From assembly GCF_011386835.1 (NCBI RefSeq), contig NC_088802.1, forward strand, positions 52,328,001 through 52,392,000: 64,000 nt of DNA, in the 5' to 3' direction. A model generated the notes under the pieces. That model worked only from the letters and a program-made list of their open reading frames with translations, ran no database searches and was not told the origin of the DNA. The position numbers and the translations under genes are program-made. Each line of letters begins with the position of its first letter. Positions within the stretch are counted from its first letter, which is position 1. Positions 12,891 through 25,335 of the stretch are shown here, piece after piece. This stretch comes from Chrysemys picta bellii (Eukaryota).

Positions 12891-14667
12891 AGTCTCTCAT
12901 TCCTGATTTACATAGCCTTCAAATAGGGGTGAGGACGGAATCTCTGCTCCTCCCTCTCGCCATGTTTAACATTGCACACTCAGATATGTGCTGTATTATG
13001 GAGTTACCTTTTTCTTAAGCTACTGGGCTCTGGTGGTGGGAAGATTATTATTATGATATAATAATATCAATAACAGCAGCACCCGCAACTTGCTAAGCCC
13101 TGTGCACACACAGAGAAGAGATAGATTATTGGTCTGACCCTAAGTTTCTACATTCCTAGGAATCAAAACCAGGGGGCAGAGACAGTCCTTTTGTTCTGTT
13201 TGTACAATATCTAGCACAATGGAGTCCTAGTCCGTGACTGGGACTCCACAGTGCTACAGTAATGGAAATATATAAATAACGAATAGTAATTTCTAGTAGC
13301 TTTGAGAAGATGGTAAGGAAAGGTTCACAAGCGCATTATATAATATAAAAGGGTGACACATTGCAATAAGCACCAGGATCCATGAAGTTTCACCATCTTC
13401 ACATGCCTTGGAGGCAATTTATAAATTACAGTTTAGGAGCTATTTATGCATAATCTCGCTCCTGTAAACATTAAAAATGTTACCATTTGTGGGGGCGGGA
13501 GAGAAAAATCACACTGGTCTCATTCACCCTCAGCCATCCTACGTGCACTGACCTGTTTTTCTGTGCTTGCAAGATGGAAAGTACAACTGCGACAAAGTCC
13601 AAGGTCTAGTTTGGGCTGGACAGAAAATTGCCCTGATCGATGCAAAGGAATGCAGCCTAAGCAGTGGGGAATGGGATTTCATGCCAGTCCCTGTTCTGAT
13701 CAGTGCTTGTAGTTTAGTTAGCAGTAAGAATTGTCATGATCCTGGGGAGAGGGTAATGTGCAGTTGCTATGGTGAATAACAGATGTTGAACTAATTCCTA
13801 ACAATGCCACATAGGGCAGGATTCTGAGACTCCTACACTGAATAGCATTGAAATGAGCGGGAGTACTTTGGGGTAGTAAGCATTATCTGTCAGAAGTCAG
13901 AATCTGGCCCATAAGAAGGAGAAAAGTAAATGTGGAATGACATTAATTTTCAAGAAGCTCGTGGTTTTATCATGGGTTTAGCTTGTTCCTAGTCTGTTCA
14001 TGAAGTAAGTGTAAAGGCAATTGCAGAGTTATGACCAACAAAATGGCACCTGTTGTAAAGTAGCTGAAGTCAGATGTTGCAATCCTCCGAGAGGTTACAA
14101 AATCAAAACAGGTTCTCTGGACGAGTGTGAGGCTTGGCAAAAGGATAAGGAACCTTCCATCTATTCAAATAGACCCTAGGGCTGTACAGGCTAAAGTGCC
14201 TTATTATTCGTCAGGTGCTTGATATTTGAGATGAGTCAGTGGATTTCAGTCTATTTCCTGGTGATTTTGTGCAATCTGGCAATTCAACAAAGCCCTTGAG
14301 CATGTGCTGAACGTTAAGCAGGGAGGCCTGGCTACTAAAATACACACAAGCAATGGGATGTAGCCCACACTCACATGATTTGCTGACTGGAAGGCTCAGC
14401 AGAACGCCTCGGAACAGATGGGTTATTCAAAACTTGAATTTCCATCCTGACCCTTTTAAGCGTGTCATTTCTCTGGGTCAGTGGAGAGACAGCAGAAGGG
14501 CATTGTGGGGAATTTTGCACTGCTGCCGCCTGGACTGTACTAGGTCTGTGGGTAACAATTAACTCTTTGTGCTTGTAGGCCATGTGTACATTAGGGAATT
14601 TTAGAAAAGCATTCCCGCTGGTGCCAGCCCCAGCTCAGCTTTACCAGTGGGAGCCAGAGTATAGACA

Positions 14668-14864
14668 GTAAGAGAGGCCATACTGGGTCAGACCAAAGAT
14701 CCATGTAGACCAATATCCTGTCTTCAGACAATGGCCAGTGCCAGGTGCCCCAGAGGGAATGAACAGAACAGGGAATCATCAAGTGATCCATCCCCTGTCG
14801 CCCATTCCCAGCTTCTGGCAAACAGAGGCTAGGGACATCCTCCCTGCCCATCCTGGTTAATAGC
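14668..14864 (-). mobile_element. CR1 3'UTR fragment
   Basis: ggccatactgggtcagaccaaag...atcctgtcttc...cagcttctggcaaacagaggctaggga; homologous to 37175-37390 and 31872-32152. Confidence 0.8.
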
Positions 14865-17800
14865 TCCCTTAACGTGTGGTCTTTTTAACACTGTGTGCTT
14901 CTATTCAGCAGCAATATAAACCACAAGCATCGAGGGTGACATTCTCCAGCACCATTAATTCATCATGGCTCATTGGCATTCACTTGACTAATAGGAGGAA
15001 AAAATTAAACAACTCCTCCTTTCCATGTGTCTCACATCTCACATGCTCTGCAGCCCATGATTCCATTGGATAATAGCATTTTGCAGTGGTGAAATAGTAA
15101 AATAAAATAATACCACCCCAAAATGTCAGGGTTTCTTTTACAGGAAATCTATTGATGTTAAAATAAATAGAATGATATTCTTTCTTTTTTTTTTTAAAGC
15201 TAGTAAATTCCAAAAGCGGATTTATCCAGTTCCTACAATATGCTTAAGGACTTATAGCACATGATCAAATGCAGATTTATTAGGGGCATAAAGAGTTGGC
15301 ATACGGCATCCTCAGTGCTGCTTTGTTCTGGTCAATGAGGATTTTTCATCTTAATCATTATTCCTGGGACCATATGTGGCCCTGCATTTTCCAGAGCTGT
15401 TTTAGTTTTATTACATATAAGGGGTGGATGAGCACTTCTTGCTGGTACATTTTGCTAGAGACCGTGGGAAGAATGATCTTGTAGTGAAGTCACTGGGCTG
15501 TGACGCCGTAGAGCTGAGTTCAAAAACTATTGCACTAACGATTTTGCAAAATGTTTTCATTGTTCATCAGAATGTTCCGGCTGAAAGCACTCTCATTCTT
15601 AAGAGGAAAGCATTAGGAGAAAACAAAGAGCAAAAAGACCTACACACATGCTAAAGAGCTTGCCAGGAGTCATTCCACTCCAACCTTGGGGCTTGGTAGC
15701 TATCAATCATTCATAACCCACAACTGAGTTTTCCCTGTGGTTACCAGTTCATAACTGTGTCGGATTCAGAATCAGAACAACCATGAATAGTTCAGTCTTT
15801 CCTCTATGCAGCTTGGGCCTTTGATCTTGGCCTCATATAACAAGTGATTAGCAGACAATGGCTCTCTCCACAGGGCGTAGTTTCAAAAGGCTGGTTTTTT
15901 GCATAACTGGAGGTGGGGAATTTTCATTTACCTCCCCCTAGATCTTCTCCAAGAAAGCCACTTAACACTTTTTGTTCCCAAGGTCCATTCTTGTCTGGCA
16001 CATTGTTCAATAAAGTCCTTTGAACCCTCAGGTCTCACATTTGTCTCATCTCCCTTCTTGAAAGGTTACATACAATTCAGGACAACAATACTACATAAAC
16101 CATTCATTTAATGTAACAGAGCCCCAAAATACTTAATTCAAGAGGGTCTCCCGAGGATATGGCAGGAAATTGTCAAATCTTTCCCACCTCCCTCCTAAAG
16201 AAGTGGGTGTAACTAGGGTGATTGACTGGCATCATAACCCATTGACTTATTTCTCAGAAAGGTTTGTTCCCTGGATTGCATTTCTGCCATGATCTTTCAT
16301 AATTTCACATTTCAAGTATTCAGATAATAAACATTCTGGTAGCATTCTACAGCCTTCAAAAATCCATACAGAGTAGTCTGACAACCGTCTGTCTGTGGAA
16401 CCTATGGGACAGAGCTCTCACATGCCCTCTCTTATGCCTGGTACCCCAAAACCTTTGGCTGAGAACTTGAGACCTGGTCCTCCCACTCTCATCTGGTTTC
16501 TAGGGAGTGTGTGTGGTGTCCCTGCATCCTTCAAGGGGTTGGCTGCATCAGTGATGGGTTGAGGTTCTCCATCACATGCAGCATTTTTCTGGACCAAAGG
16601 GAGAAATAAGGTAGGGCTGGCTCCCTGTGAAGCAGCTTTCAACCATGCACTACTTTTAACAGCAGAGGGTTTGGGCAAGAGAGATTATTCAAACCTCCCA
16701 ATAGCCAAATTCCTTTCTCTGCCCAGAGGTCAGGACCCAGAGACCTTGGTGGCCTAACTTTAGCTTCTCTGGGGGGAGAGGAAGGAGTATTGATCCCCAC
16801 ATCTCTAAGGTGGCCTTTTGTTCCCCCCACATTGGGTTAAGGTGAGCAAAATATAGTCCTTTGAACTCCCAGGTTTTACATCTGTCATGTCGCCCCCCCC
16901 CTCAAGAGGTTACCTATAACTCTGACCCACAATAATACATAAGCCATTCACTTAAGTTGACATATCTTTGGTGTCCATTGTATTAATTCTGTAAATTCTC
17001 CCAAGGATATGACAGGAGAAGGAACTCACTGGAGGGCACTCACTGGAGTCAGTGAAAAGACGACCCGGCTAATTCTCCCCTCTGTTGGCAACCGATTCAA
17101 CTCTCATTGTGCCACGGGAGTTGGATCAGCTTTTGGTCTTCTTGAGAGGAACTGGTCACTTGAGATATCAGATAGGGAAGTTTATCAAATCATTTCATAC
17201 CAGTCAGAGCCTGGAAAGTCTACGAAAGCTCTGGGGCAATGGAAAATAGGAAAATTAAACACAGATTAGAGCAGGCCAACTCAACTGTATTCTGCAATCT
17301 AGTCTTCTGAATTATATATATTTACCTTTTAATAATGATCCTTGCTAAGCACACAGGCCTGGCTTGATAACATCTGTTCACGGAGATAGTATTTATATTT
17401 TGAACATAAGTAGCAGGTACTTATTAGGAGGCACCATACATTTTTATGAGACTTCATTTGATAACCCAAATCAGTTTCCAGCACTAAGAAAACAAAGCAT
17501 TATATTATTCTTATTTACTTTATGTTTCAGAATATAACACACAATGCAGCAAACTGCAGATAAGATTAAATCATAAGCTTTTTGAAAGCCATTCTAATCT
17601 ACAGAGTACAAAACTCTGGCACAAGGATGCATGATAATGGGTTTCCAGAATCACATGATCTTGATCTCCAAAATTATGCTCCGTTATCCTTAGGGAGCTC
17701 AGGCTATTTTCCATGACCAGTTTTTATCTATCATGTTTAACCTGTAGAGAGGTGTGTGTGTATGACTGGAAAATTTTTGTCCCCTTTGATAAGCTCAGAG

Positions 17801-18053
17801 AACCACCTTTTTAAAATAGAGATGATATATATGTAAAAAATATCTTACTCTACTCTGCATAATACTGCACTGTGTCAAACACAAAGACACAGAAGTTGCC
17901 AAATTAAAAGTAGGTACTCTATTGGAGAAAGAGGAATCCAGTCCTTTAAATAAACTTCTCCATTAAAATTTAGGATTCTTTCTTAAAATAAGACACTATA
18001 TTCCTTTTCATGCTTTTCATACAGGGTGTTCCTTCTGGCCACATGTGAATATA

Positions 18054-18249
18054 CACCTCTACCCCGATATAACACCACCTGATATAACACAAATTCGGAT
18101 ATAACACGGTAAAGCAGTGCTTCGGGGGAGGGGGGGGGAAGGGCTGCGCGCTCCGGCGGATCAAATCAAGTTCGATATAACGCGGTTTCACCTATAACAC
18201 GGTAAGAATTTTTGGCTCCCGAGGACAGCGTTATATCGAGGTAGCGGTG
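18054..18249. mobile_element. Tc1/mariner (Tigger/pogo-like) MITE
   Basis: 20-bp TIRs CACCTCTACCCCGATATAAC / GTTATATCGAGGTAGCGGTG (18/20 match), TA on both flanks, repeated subterminal ATATAAC motifs. Confidence 0.85.
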
Positions 18250-21200
18250 TATTCTAATTAATAATAGCTTTAGAGAAAATGGGGATTATATCTAGGTCTT
18301 AATTTTCAACTGGGCCTTAGCTGGCTTCCATTTTTGCAGGATAAATGTTGCTCCTGAAAATAATCATACTCGTATTTTTTGTGGGCACAGACAGACAGCT
18401 TAATATGTAACTTCTAATATTTCTTACTGTAATGTACTGTGGGCACAAAAAAGCGGGCTCAACTAATTATTTGCTGTCACAAAAAAATTGCACCTATGGA
18501 AACGTCAGCTGACTGGATACTCAGCTGGAAAATGGACCCCTAACATTCAAAGGAGCTTCAGATGTTTCCTGTTATCTACATACCAAGAAGAAATTAAGGT
18601 GCCAATCCTGATGTACTTCAATGGGAGTTTTGCCCAAAATGCAGGATCGGGTCCCAAATTACACAGTTTGTTCTACTTAGTTATTACTGTCTGCAGTGAA
18701 TCCCATTAGATAAAGGGGAGAAAACATAATCAACATTTTTATAATTTCTTAACTAATATTAGCAGGATGAAGAGAAAGCAAAATATTGTATTTTATTTTG
18801 CACAGACTCTTTTACAAGTAACAAAAGAAGTGGCTAGTTGGGTCATGCCCCTGGAAAAAAATTATAGTTTGGGACATTTCCCCCATTTTATTTCTGTAGC
18901 AAGTTGCATTTGCTGCCAGGATTAAAGATGTTTAATTGAAGATCAAAAGCCCCCCAGCATATTTGTTTTTAAGTACAAAATCATACGAAACATATCTGGA
19001 AAAAGTTTTTTTTCTTCTTCTCAGATTTAGAAGAATGAGATACCCCTGATTACTATGAAGGAACAACACAAAGCAATAAACAGCCTAACAAAATGGACTT
19101 TGCTTGTATGTTTAAGATTAAGGCTAAAGCAGGTGTGTTTTAAAACGAACAATCAGTGACATTAACTGGGATGAGACGCTTGCAGAATTTCCTTGTGATC
19201 GGATTGTTGTTGCATCTTCAAGGTCAAACTGTTCCAGGCTGAAAGGAGACCTACATTTTCTGAACAATCCTGTGCTTTATTTGTCTTTGCTCATGCAGGG
19301 CTTTTGTGGTGCTGAATGGATAGCGCCCACTCAAACACAACACTTAGGTCCCTCTCTTTATCTTAATGAGGCTCAGTATAAGAGCAACTGAACTTTGTGC
19401 TTGTTAAACCATAATGACTATTCAGCCTATGAAACGATGCCAGAGGCATGAAAACAGAATACATCTCTATTAGTACCCAGCCTGACATTCAGCTCTATCT
19501 CTCAGATGACATGCAAAACTGATATCCTGAGCACATGTGGTCAATAAAGCTGCCAGGCAATTTTGTCTACAAGAAAAGTTGTTAAAACAGTCCCCCCAAT
19601 CCAAAGGCCATTTTGGGTAACTGCATTCTGCTGACCTCAGTTCCTGTCACTCAGGTTAATTTATTGTCATGTTCATTATTATTGATTATGTATATTATAG
19701 TAGTGCTTAACGGCACCAGTCCTGGATTGGGGCACTACTGTACTAACATGTAGCAATGACATGGTCCCCACCCCAGATTGTTTACAATCTAATTAGCACC
19801 CTAACTTTGTATCCTAAACTGGTGCAGGGTGATATCGGATAGGGTTAAACAACTGCTGCATTCCACCAAAGAGGCAGCAGATAAAGTGAATTCCATTTAT
19901 GGTTTATATTTTAGTTTGTAACCAAGCTTTGGAGTGAAAGGTGCTGAAGAATTGCACCATGCTGTTATGATGAATGTTCAGCCATGCAAAATAATAACCT
20001 CATATAAGGAGCTAGATTGTGGCTGACCCTGGTGTGGGAATACGGGAAGAGAAGGCATAGGCCTTCCTGAGTTTAAGGGCTCCTGGTGACTAGCACCGCC
20101 AGCAGCACGGATCACCCAAAAGGTGTGCATGAGGGCAGGGGGAGAGCATGGCCCTGCCCAAGTACTCTCTGGTTAGTGGAGTTGGCTGGATGCAGAAGGA
20201 ACATACATGAAGTCCTTGAAGAAGTGTAGTAGAGGCTGCAGTCCCCTCTGTGCACTGGTGAGCTCTGGGAGACACCAGGGGAGACGTCAGAGCACAGCTC
20301 CCAGGAAAAGTCAAGTTAACTCCCTTAGGCACATTGGAGAAAATCTCCCTCATGTCTCCCTGAGAACTGATGCCTCCTGGAACCCCAGGAGTTGGCTACG
20401 GGGTTTGTCAGGGCTGGCTTCTGTCTGTTTATCAGATATCACATTTGAATTCTCTTCCCAACAATTACATGTTTCTAATTTACTGATCCTGAGCGGGTGC
20501 TAAAGCCAGACTGATCTGTGTCTGCTGATAGAGGGATACAGGGTATAAAATATAGAAGTACAGGAAGTGGGGAGGCAGGTCCCAGTTTCAATCTACTAGA
20601 ATAAACCCAAATCTTCAATGGCTGAATTTATTCAAACAATCCTATTGTCTTTCCAAGGCTAATGCACATGAATACTGCGTTAGCAAAGTGAATGGAAAGG
20701 GATTCCATTTCAATGAACATATATAATGTCCCAGCCCAGGAGAGTAACATTTAATTGATGAGTGGCTTTATGTCTAGAGAGTATTTATAAAGAAGAGTCA
20801 AGGTCTGCTTTACATGAGAGATTTTGGTCGTACTATCTAGCTGCTTGGTTGTTTGAGAAAGCTGTTGCTTTGCGGGCAAGAAAGAATAAGAGTAAATTCA
20901 TTCCGCTAGGACACATTTCTTTAGCCCCTCAATGAAGCCAACTCAATAGTCACAAAGTGGTCGTCCGTATTTAGCTACATACATTAATTTACTCAAGTAT
21001 AATAGAAATGCTGGGTTGTTTCAAAGCAGATATTTTAAAGCAGTTATTGTTCAACTTCTTAGGTATTAATAGTGAATCTCTCTTAACATCAGATGGCTGT
21101 TTGGTAAGCTATGTAAAATGAATAAGGGGTCAACCTATATCTCATATAAATCATTAGGTGTCTTTCTACTGATTTCAATCAGACTTGGATTTAAGCATCT

Positions 21201-21432
21201 CCATTACAGAAATATCGGAGCACCTCAGAAAGATTAATTAATTTTATCCTCACAAAATGCCTTAGAGCTAGAGTTTTACATTATTATTCCTATTTTGCAG
21301 CAGGGGAATAGAGAATGGGGGCTTGCTCATGGTCCCACTGTGGTTCAGCCAATGTTTGAACCCAGCTCACCCCAGTCCCAGTCCATATAAAGGTTCATTA
21401 AGGCAGTGGAAATAGCATGTGGCAAGTCAAAT

Positions 21433-21790
21433 GTAAGAACCTGCAGGATGAGGGCCTCGGACTACAAGGGTGGTAGGCTTCTGATAATTCTACATCACCA
21501 CCAGAAGCTCAAGCAAGGGTCCTGCTGGGGGTCCCTGTGAAGCTAGGCACTGCAGGAAGTATCGTCCAGCAGGGCTTTAGTGGCGATCTGTGCCACAGCC
21601 CACTGATTGGGCTGTGCTGTTATATAACTCAGGAAGCTTTCACAAGGAGCTGTCTGAGCAATGATGCAGACCAACTGCTTGCTTGCACTCCAAACCTTGT
21701 CTTGCTGCAAACCCTAGACCCCAGCTCCTGATCCCGATTCATCCCTGACTCCACTATTTAGCTCCTGACTGCAACTTGGTAACTGACACA
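21433..21790 (+). mobile_element. Possible solo-LTR-like element
   Basis: Begins TGTAAG and ends TGACA; internal GATTGG (CCAAT on the reverse strand) and TATATAA; no matching TSD found. Confidence 0.3.
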
Positions 21791-21957
21791 TGTCAGCTGC
21801 CCAACGCCCAGCCCTGAGCGGTAACGTGGGGTGCTCTTGGAGAACAAGCTGGTGGTGGAAGTCTGATGTACAAGAGACGTTAAAAAGAATGAAAGAATTA
21901 TTCAAAGGGATTGAGGAAGCATATCATGATAAGGAGACACTCAAAAGTGCATACAGA

Positions 21958-22140
21958 GGAACAAGGTGCGGGCGGTAATATCTTTTATTGGACGAACCTC
22001 TCTGTTGGTGGAAGAGACAAGCTTTTGAACTAAAGAGAGCTCTTCTTCAGGTCTGGGGAAGGAACTCAGAGTGTCACAGCTAAATACAAGGTGGACCAGA
22101 TTACTTAGCATAAGCAGTTAACACATATTCTAAGAGATTA
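21958..22140. mobile_element. Penelope-like element terminal fragment with a hammerhead-like motif
   Basis: acaaggtg..gtaatatcttttattgga...gagacaagctttt...gagctcttcttcaggtctgg; the minus strand of 22015-22054 has a hammerhead layout. Confidence 0.6.
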
Positions 22141-22144
22141 AAGT

Positions 22145-22780
22145 GCCATGAGAAAAGTTAAATCAAAAGAAAGCATTTGTGCACTGGGGAAGTACACTTT
22201 GTGCCATCTGAGAGAGAGCTGGAGAACTGAAAAGAAGAACCAAATATGCAGGGGTGGCAGTGAAATGGCAGCAGGAGTATTGTGGGACCAATAATTAAGT
22301 AACAAACTGAAAGGAGAAGGGTGCTTGCTGTGTGTGTTTGTCCTGGCCTGCTCTATGCTTTGGAAAGAGTGGGTTTTAGGGAGATGGAAGAAAAGAAGAT
22401 ACACGTAGTAGAAAACAATATAATGAGGAGAATGGCAGCCAAACAGATGGTAGACAGAGTGCACATGGAAGAAATGAGGTGGAAGATGAAGTTTGGACTT
22501 TCAGCGATAGGTAGGCTGAAGAGCATAGGTTTGAGGTGAGCTGGGCATGTGATAAGAATAGGAGAAGAATGACCAGCAAAGGACATATGGGAGGAAGAAG
22601 ACAGCAAGAAAGAACATGAAAGACTGAGGATATGATGGAAAGACTCTGTCAAGATAAGTTGGATGAGAAAAGGACTGGAACTCCAAGACCTACAAACTCA
22701 TGCCATGGACAAGAAGGAATGGGGAAGGACTGTGAGCACCTCAGACACCATGTAAACAGGAAAAGGAGTCAAGAAGTGAA
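22145..22780 (+). mobile_element. Old, degraded RTE-clade LINE 3' fragment (Expander/Rex3-like)
   Basis: Frame-broken translation AGVLWDQ*LSNKLKG / VLAVCVCPGLLYALE...GLR*AGHVIRIGEE resembles the RTE motifs GVLCD..SARLKGKVYKTVVRPAMLYGLE...RLRWFGHV.R. Confidence 0.6.
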
Positions 22781-24106
22781 GTGTTCCGTAGAAACCACAC
22801 CCTCAGCTGGCACTATTCATAGAGTGTGTATTTGAAAACGGAATTACTTTCATATTTATATTTAGGCTCATAGCTATTAAGACTACAGGAGGGAGGGAGG
22901 TGGATTACAACTACTTTCTTTGCAAAACTTACTTCCAATATCTTTAAACTTTTATTAAGGAATCAAATGTGCCCATTTTTAATGTACTCTTTCTTTATAA
23001 ATATGAACTAAGAACATTAGGCTAATCTAATCCTGGGTCTCCTTATAAGAACAGTAGATGTGAATGCAAAAAACCCAATATTCTTACATGTCAAATCAAA
23101 GTCCAGGTGCTGCACAAGCCCATTTCCTCCCTTCAGTGTTTTATTTTTTCCCAGGCCTATAATTCCCCCATGGGAAACTAGGAGAAATGTTAATTTCTTT
23201 TTTTTTCTTTTATTAAAGTAACAGCTCTGGTGATTTAAACAATCAAGCACATGTTCTTATGCTGCCTGCACCTTCTGCTCTCCATAAATGGTGATGTGGG
23301 TAAGAAAGTAAGGAAATGACATTAACCTTTTCCATCTGATAAATAAGGGCTCTATTCAGTTGCAATAATCCACATCCTTCCCCAGAGATCCAGTTAATTT
23401 TAAATGAACTGCGCCCTTAGGTATTAAATTATTTCCACACTGGCTGGCCGATTTCTTGGTGAATTATTCACGTCCAGGACTGAAGTAGTCTCCCTATGCA
23501 ACAGTGAATGAGGAAACTGGCCTTCTAGATTTCCCGGTAACCTGATTGTCCTGCTGGTAGGACTGAGGGATTCATCAGGCTCCCACAGGATTTATGACTA
23601 GCAGCTGTGCTCATTGAAGACAACGGGAGCAGGACTGGCTCAATGATCCATTTGATAGCACGCCTTGCTATCCTTGTCTACAGCGAATTCTTCACCCTTG
23701 ACAACCATGATACACCCTCAGCTTATGCAAAGTAAGGGGAAAAGGACACCTGGAATGGGTGGAAAATGAAAGTGTTTGTGGGTGTGGCCTGTTTACAGGC
23801 AATCCCCAAATGCAGACTCAGGTGTACAGATGTCCTTGTGTTAAAGAAACAGTTATTTTTAAGACAAGTGGCAGTGAGAGGATGGAGGTGGGGCAATGAT
23901 TCATCACTGCTCCAGTCTCCTGGCAACATGCTCGTAAAGACTAAAACGTATCCCTGCACTGGAAAAGATGGGATCCAACTTTTTTTTTTCTTCTTGCAAC
24001 TAGATTGCTCTGGTCAGGCTGGTGCCTGCTCAGACATATAAACAATGAACAGCAAAAGAAAGAGAGAGGGCTATATGCATTTGTGTATGTATATGTAGGC
24101 TGGGAT

Positions 24107-24302
24107 TTTCAAAGGAGCCTAAGGGAGCTAGGCATAATTGAAAATCCCATTGAAAATAAATGGGAATTGGAAATCTAACACTACTGGGTTCCTTTGAAAA
24201 TCACAGCCGTAATGCAATTCTTGTACATGTACCTAGGGCCTAATCCAAAGCCCATTGAAATTAAAGGGACTCTTTCCTTCAAAGGACTTTGGATTAGGCC
24301 CC
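24107..24302. mobile_element. Two adjacent short fold-back MITEs
   Basis: ggctgggattttcaaagg...cctttgaaaatcacagcc and gggcctaatccaaag...ctttggattaggccc. Confidence 0.6.
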
Positions 24303-25261
24303 TAAATCACTGAACATGGGCATTAAAAACAAATAAATAAAACAAACTAATTATGTGACCTAAACCAAGGTTTGAAGGACTTTGCAACCTTTCCACTGCT
24401 GGAATGATCTATACCCTGTGGGTGAATTATTAGATTGCATTGAATTTACTAGAAAACAGGAGAAACATTTAGGTATAAATAAGAATTCATACCTCAGTGT
24501 GTCATTTACGGATTGATTTTAAAATCCCACAGCAACTTTGTTTTCAAAGAATTCTGAACCAGATCTTCAGCTGGTACAATGGGCAAGGGGCAGTCAAAGG
24601 AGCCACATAAGGATTTGGCCCTCTAAATGTAAATCCTGTAGTGTCAGGGTTGACTCAGCATCCAACCCTGCAATTAAGTAAGTATATTTTCGCCTTTCAT
24701 ATCTATATTAGAAATCATGGCAGAACATGAGACTGCTAACATCTTACAACCTTTGGAACACTTTCTCATGCCAGCGTTTTGCTAAGCACTGGTGCATTAA
24801 ACTGTGATTCATTATCACTTAACCTTGGAGCTGGTCGTGACCAGTTCTGTCTGAATTCAGTTATCTTGTTCTCCACCAGAAAGATTTCCAAGCATTTGTG
24901 TTATCTCCCTTAGCATCTAAAGTAGGGACGCTAACCACAATTCAGAACAGTTTCTGGTGGAAAAAAGTACAGGAAAAAAATGCATATGATGACAGGAATG
25001 GAAATAAAACCTTGAAGAAGCAGAAAAAGTCAGATGTATATTAAAGTTACTTATCTGGTCAAAAATGGAGCTGCGAATTGCCTGTCAGATTTAGTGCTGT
25101 ACTGATTTTATGCATGACACAGTAAGTTCATATAGACTCTAGTTCATAATGATGACATTAAATAGAATAGTCTTTTTTTTCCAAAGTATCTAATCGTTTG
25201 CGGCTTTGCTGATCTGCTGCTTACCCATAACACACACTGTATATTGTAATGTAAATCTGTA

Positions 25262-25335
25262 GGGCCAGATCCTCATCGGATGTAAATTGAAGTCAGTTAA
25301 GCTACTATCATTTAAAAGAACTAAGGATCTGGCCC
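25262..25335. mobile_element. 74-bp fold-back MITE
   Basis: Perfect 12-bp TIRs GGGCCAGATCCT / AGGATCTGGCCC. Confidence 0.75.

Noticed and set aside
15690-16950. Possible LTR or LTR-internal remnant
   Set aside because: Only a general compositional resemblance; no TG..CA boundaries, TSD, PBS or coding motif could be fixed.
23459-23471. Palindrome GTGAATTATTCAC
   Set aside because: Both HNF1 half-sites are mismatched at a key position; isolated.
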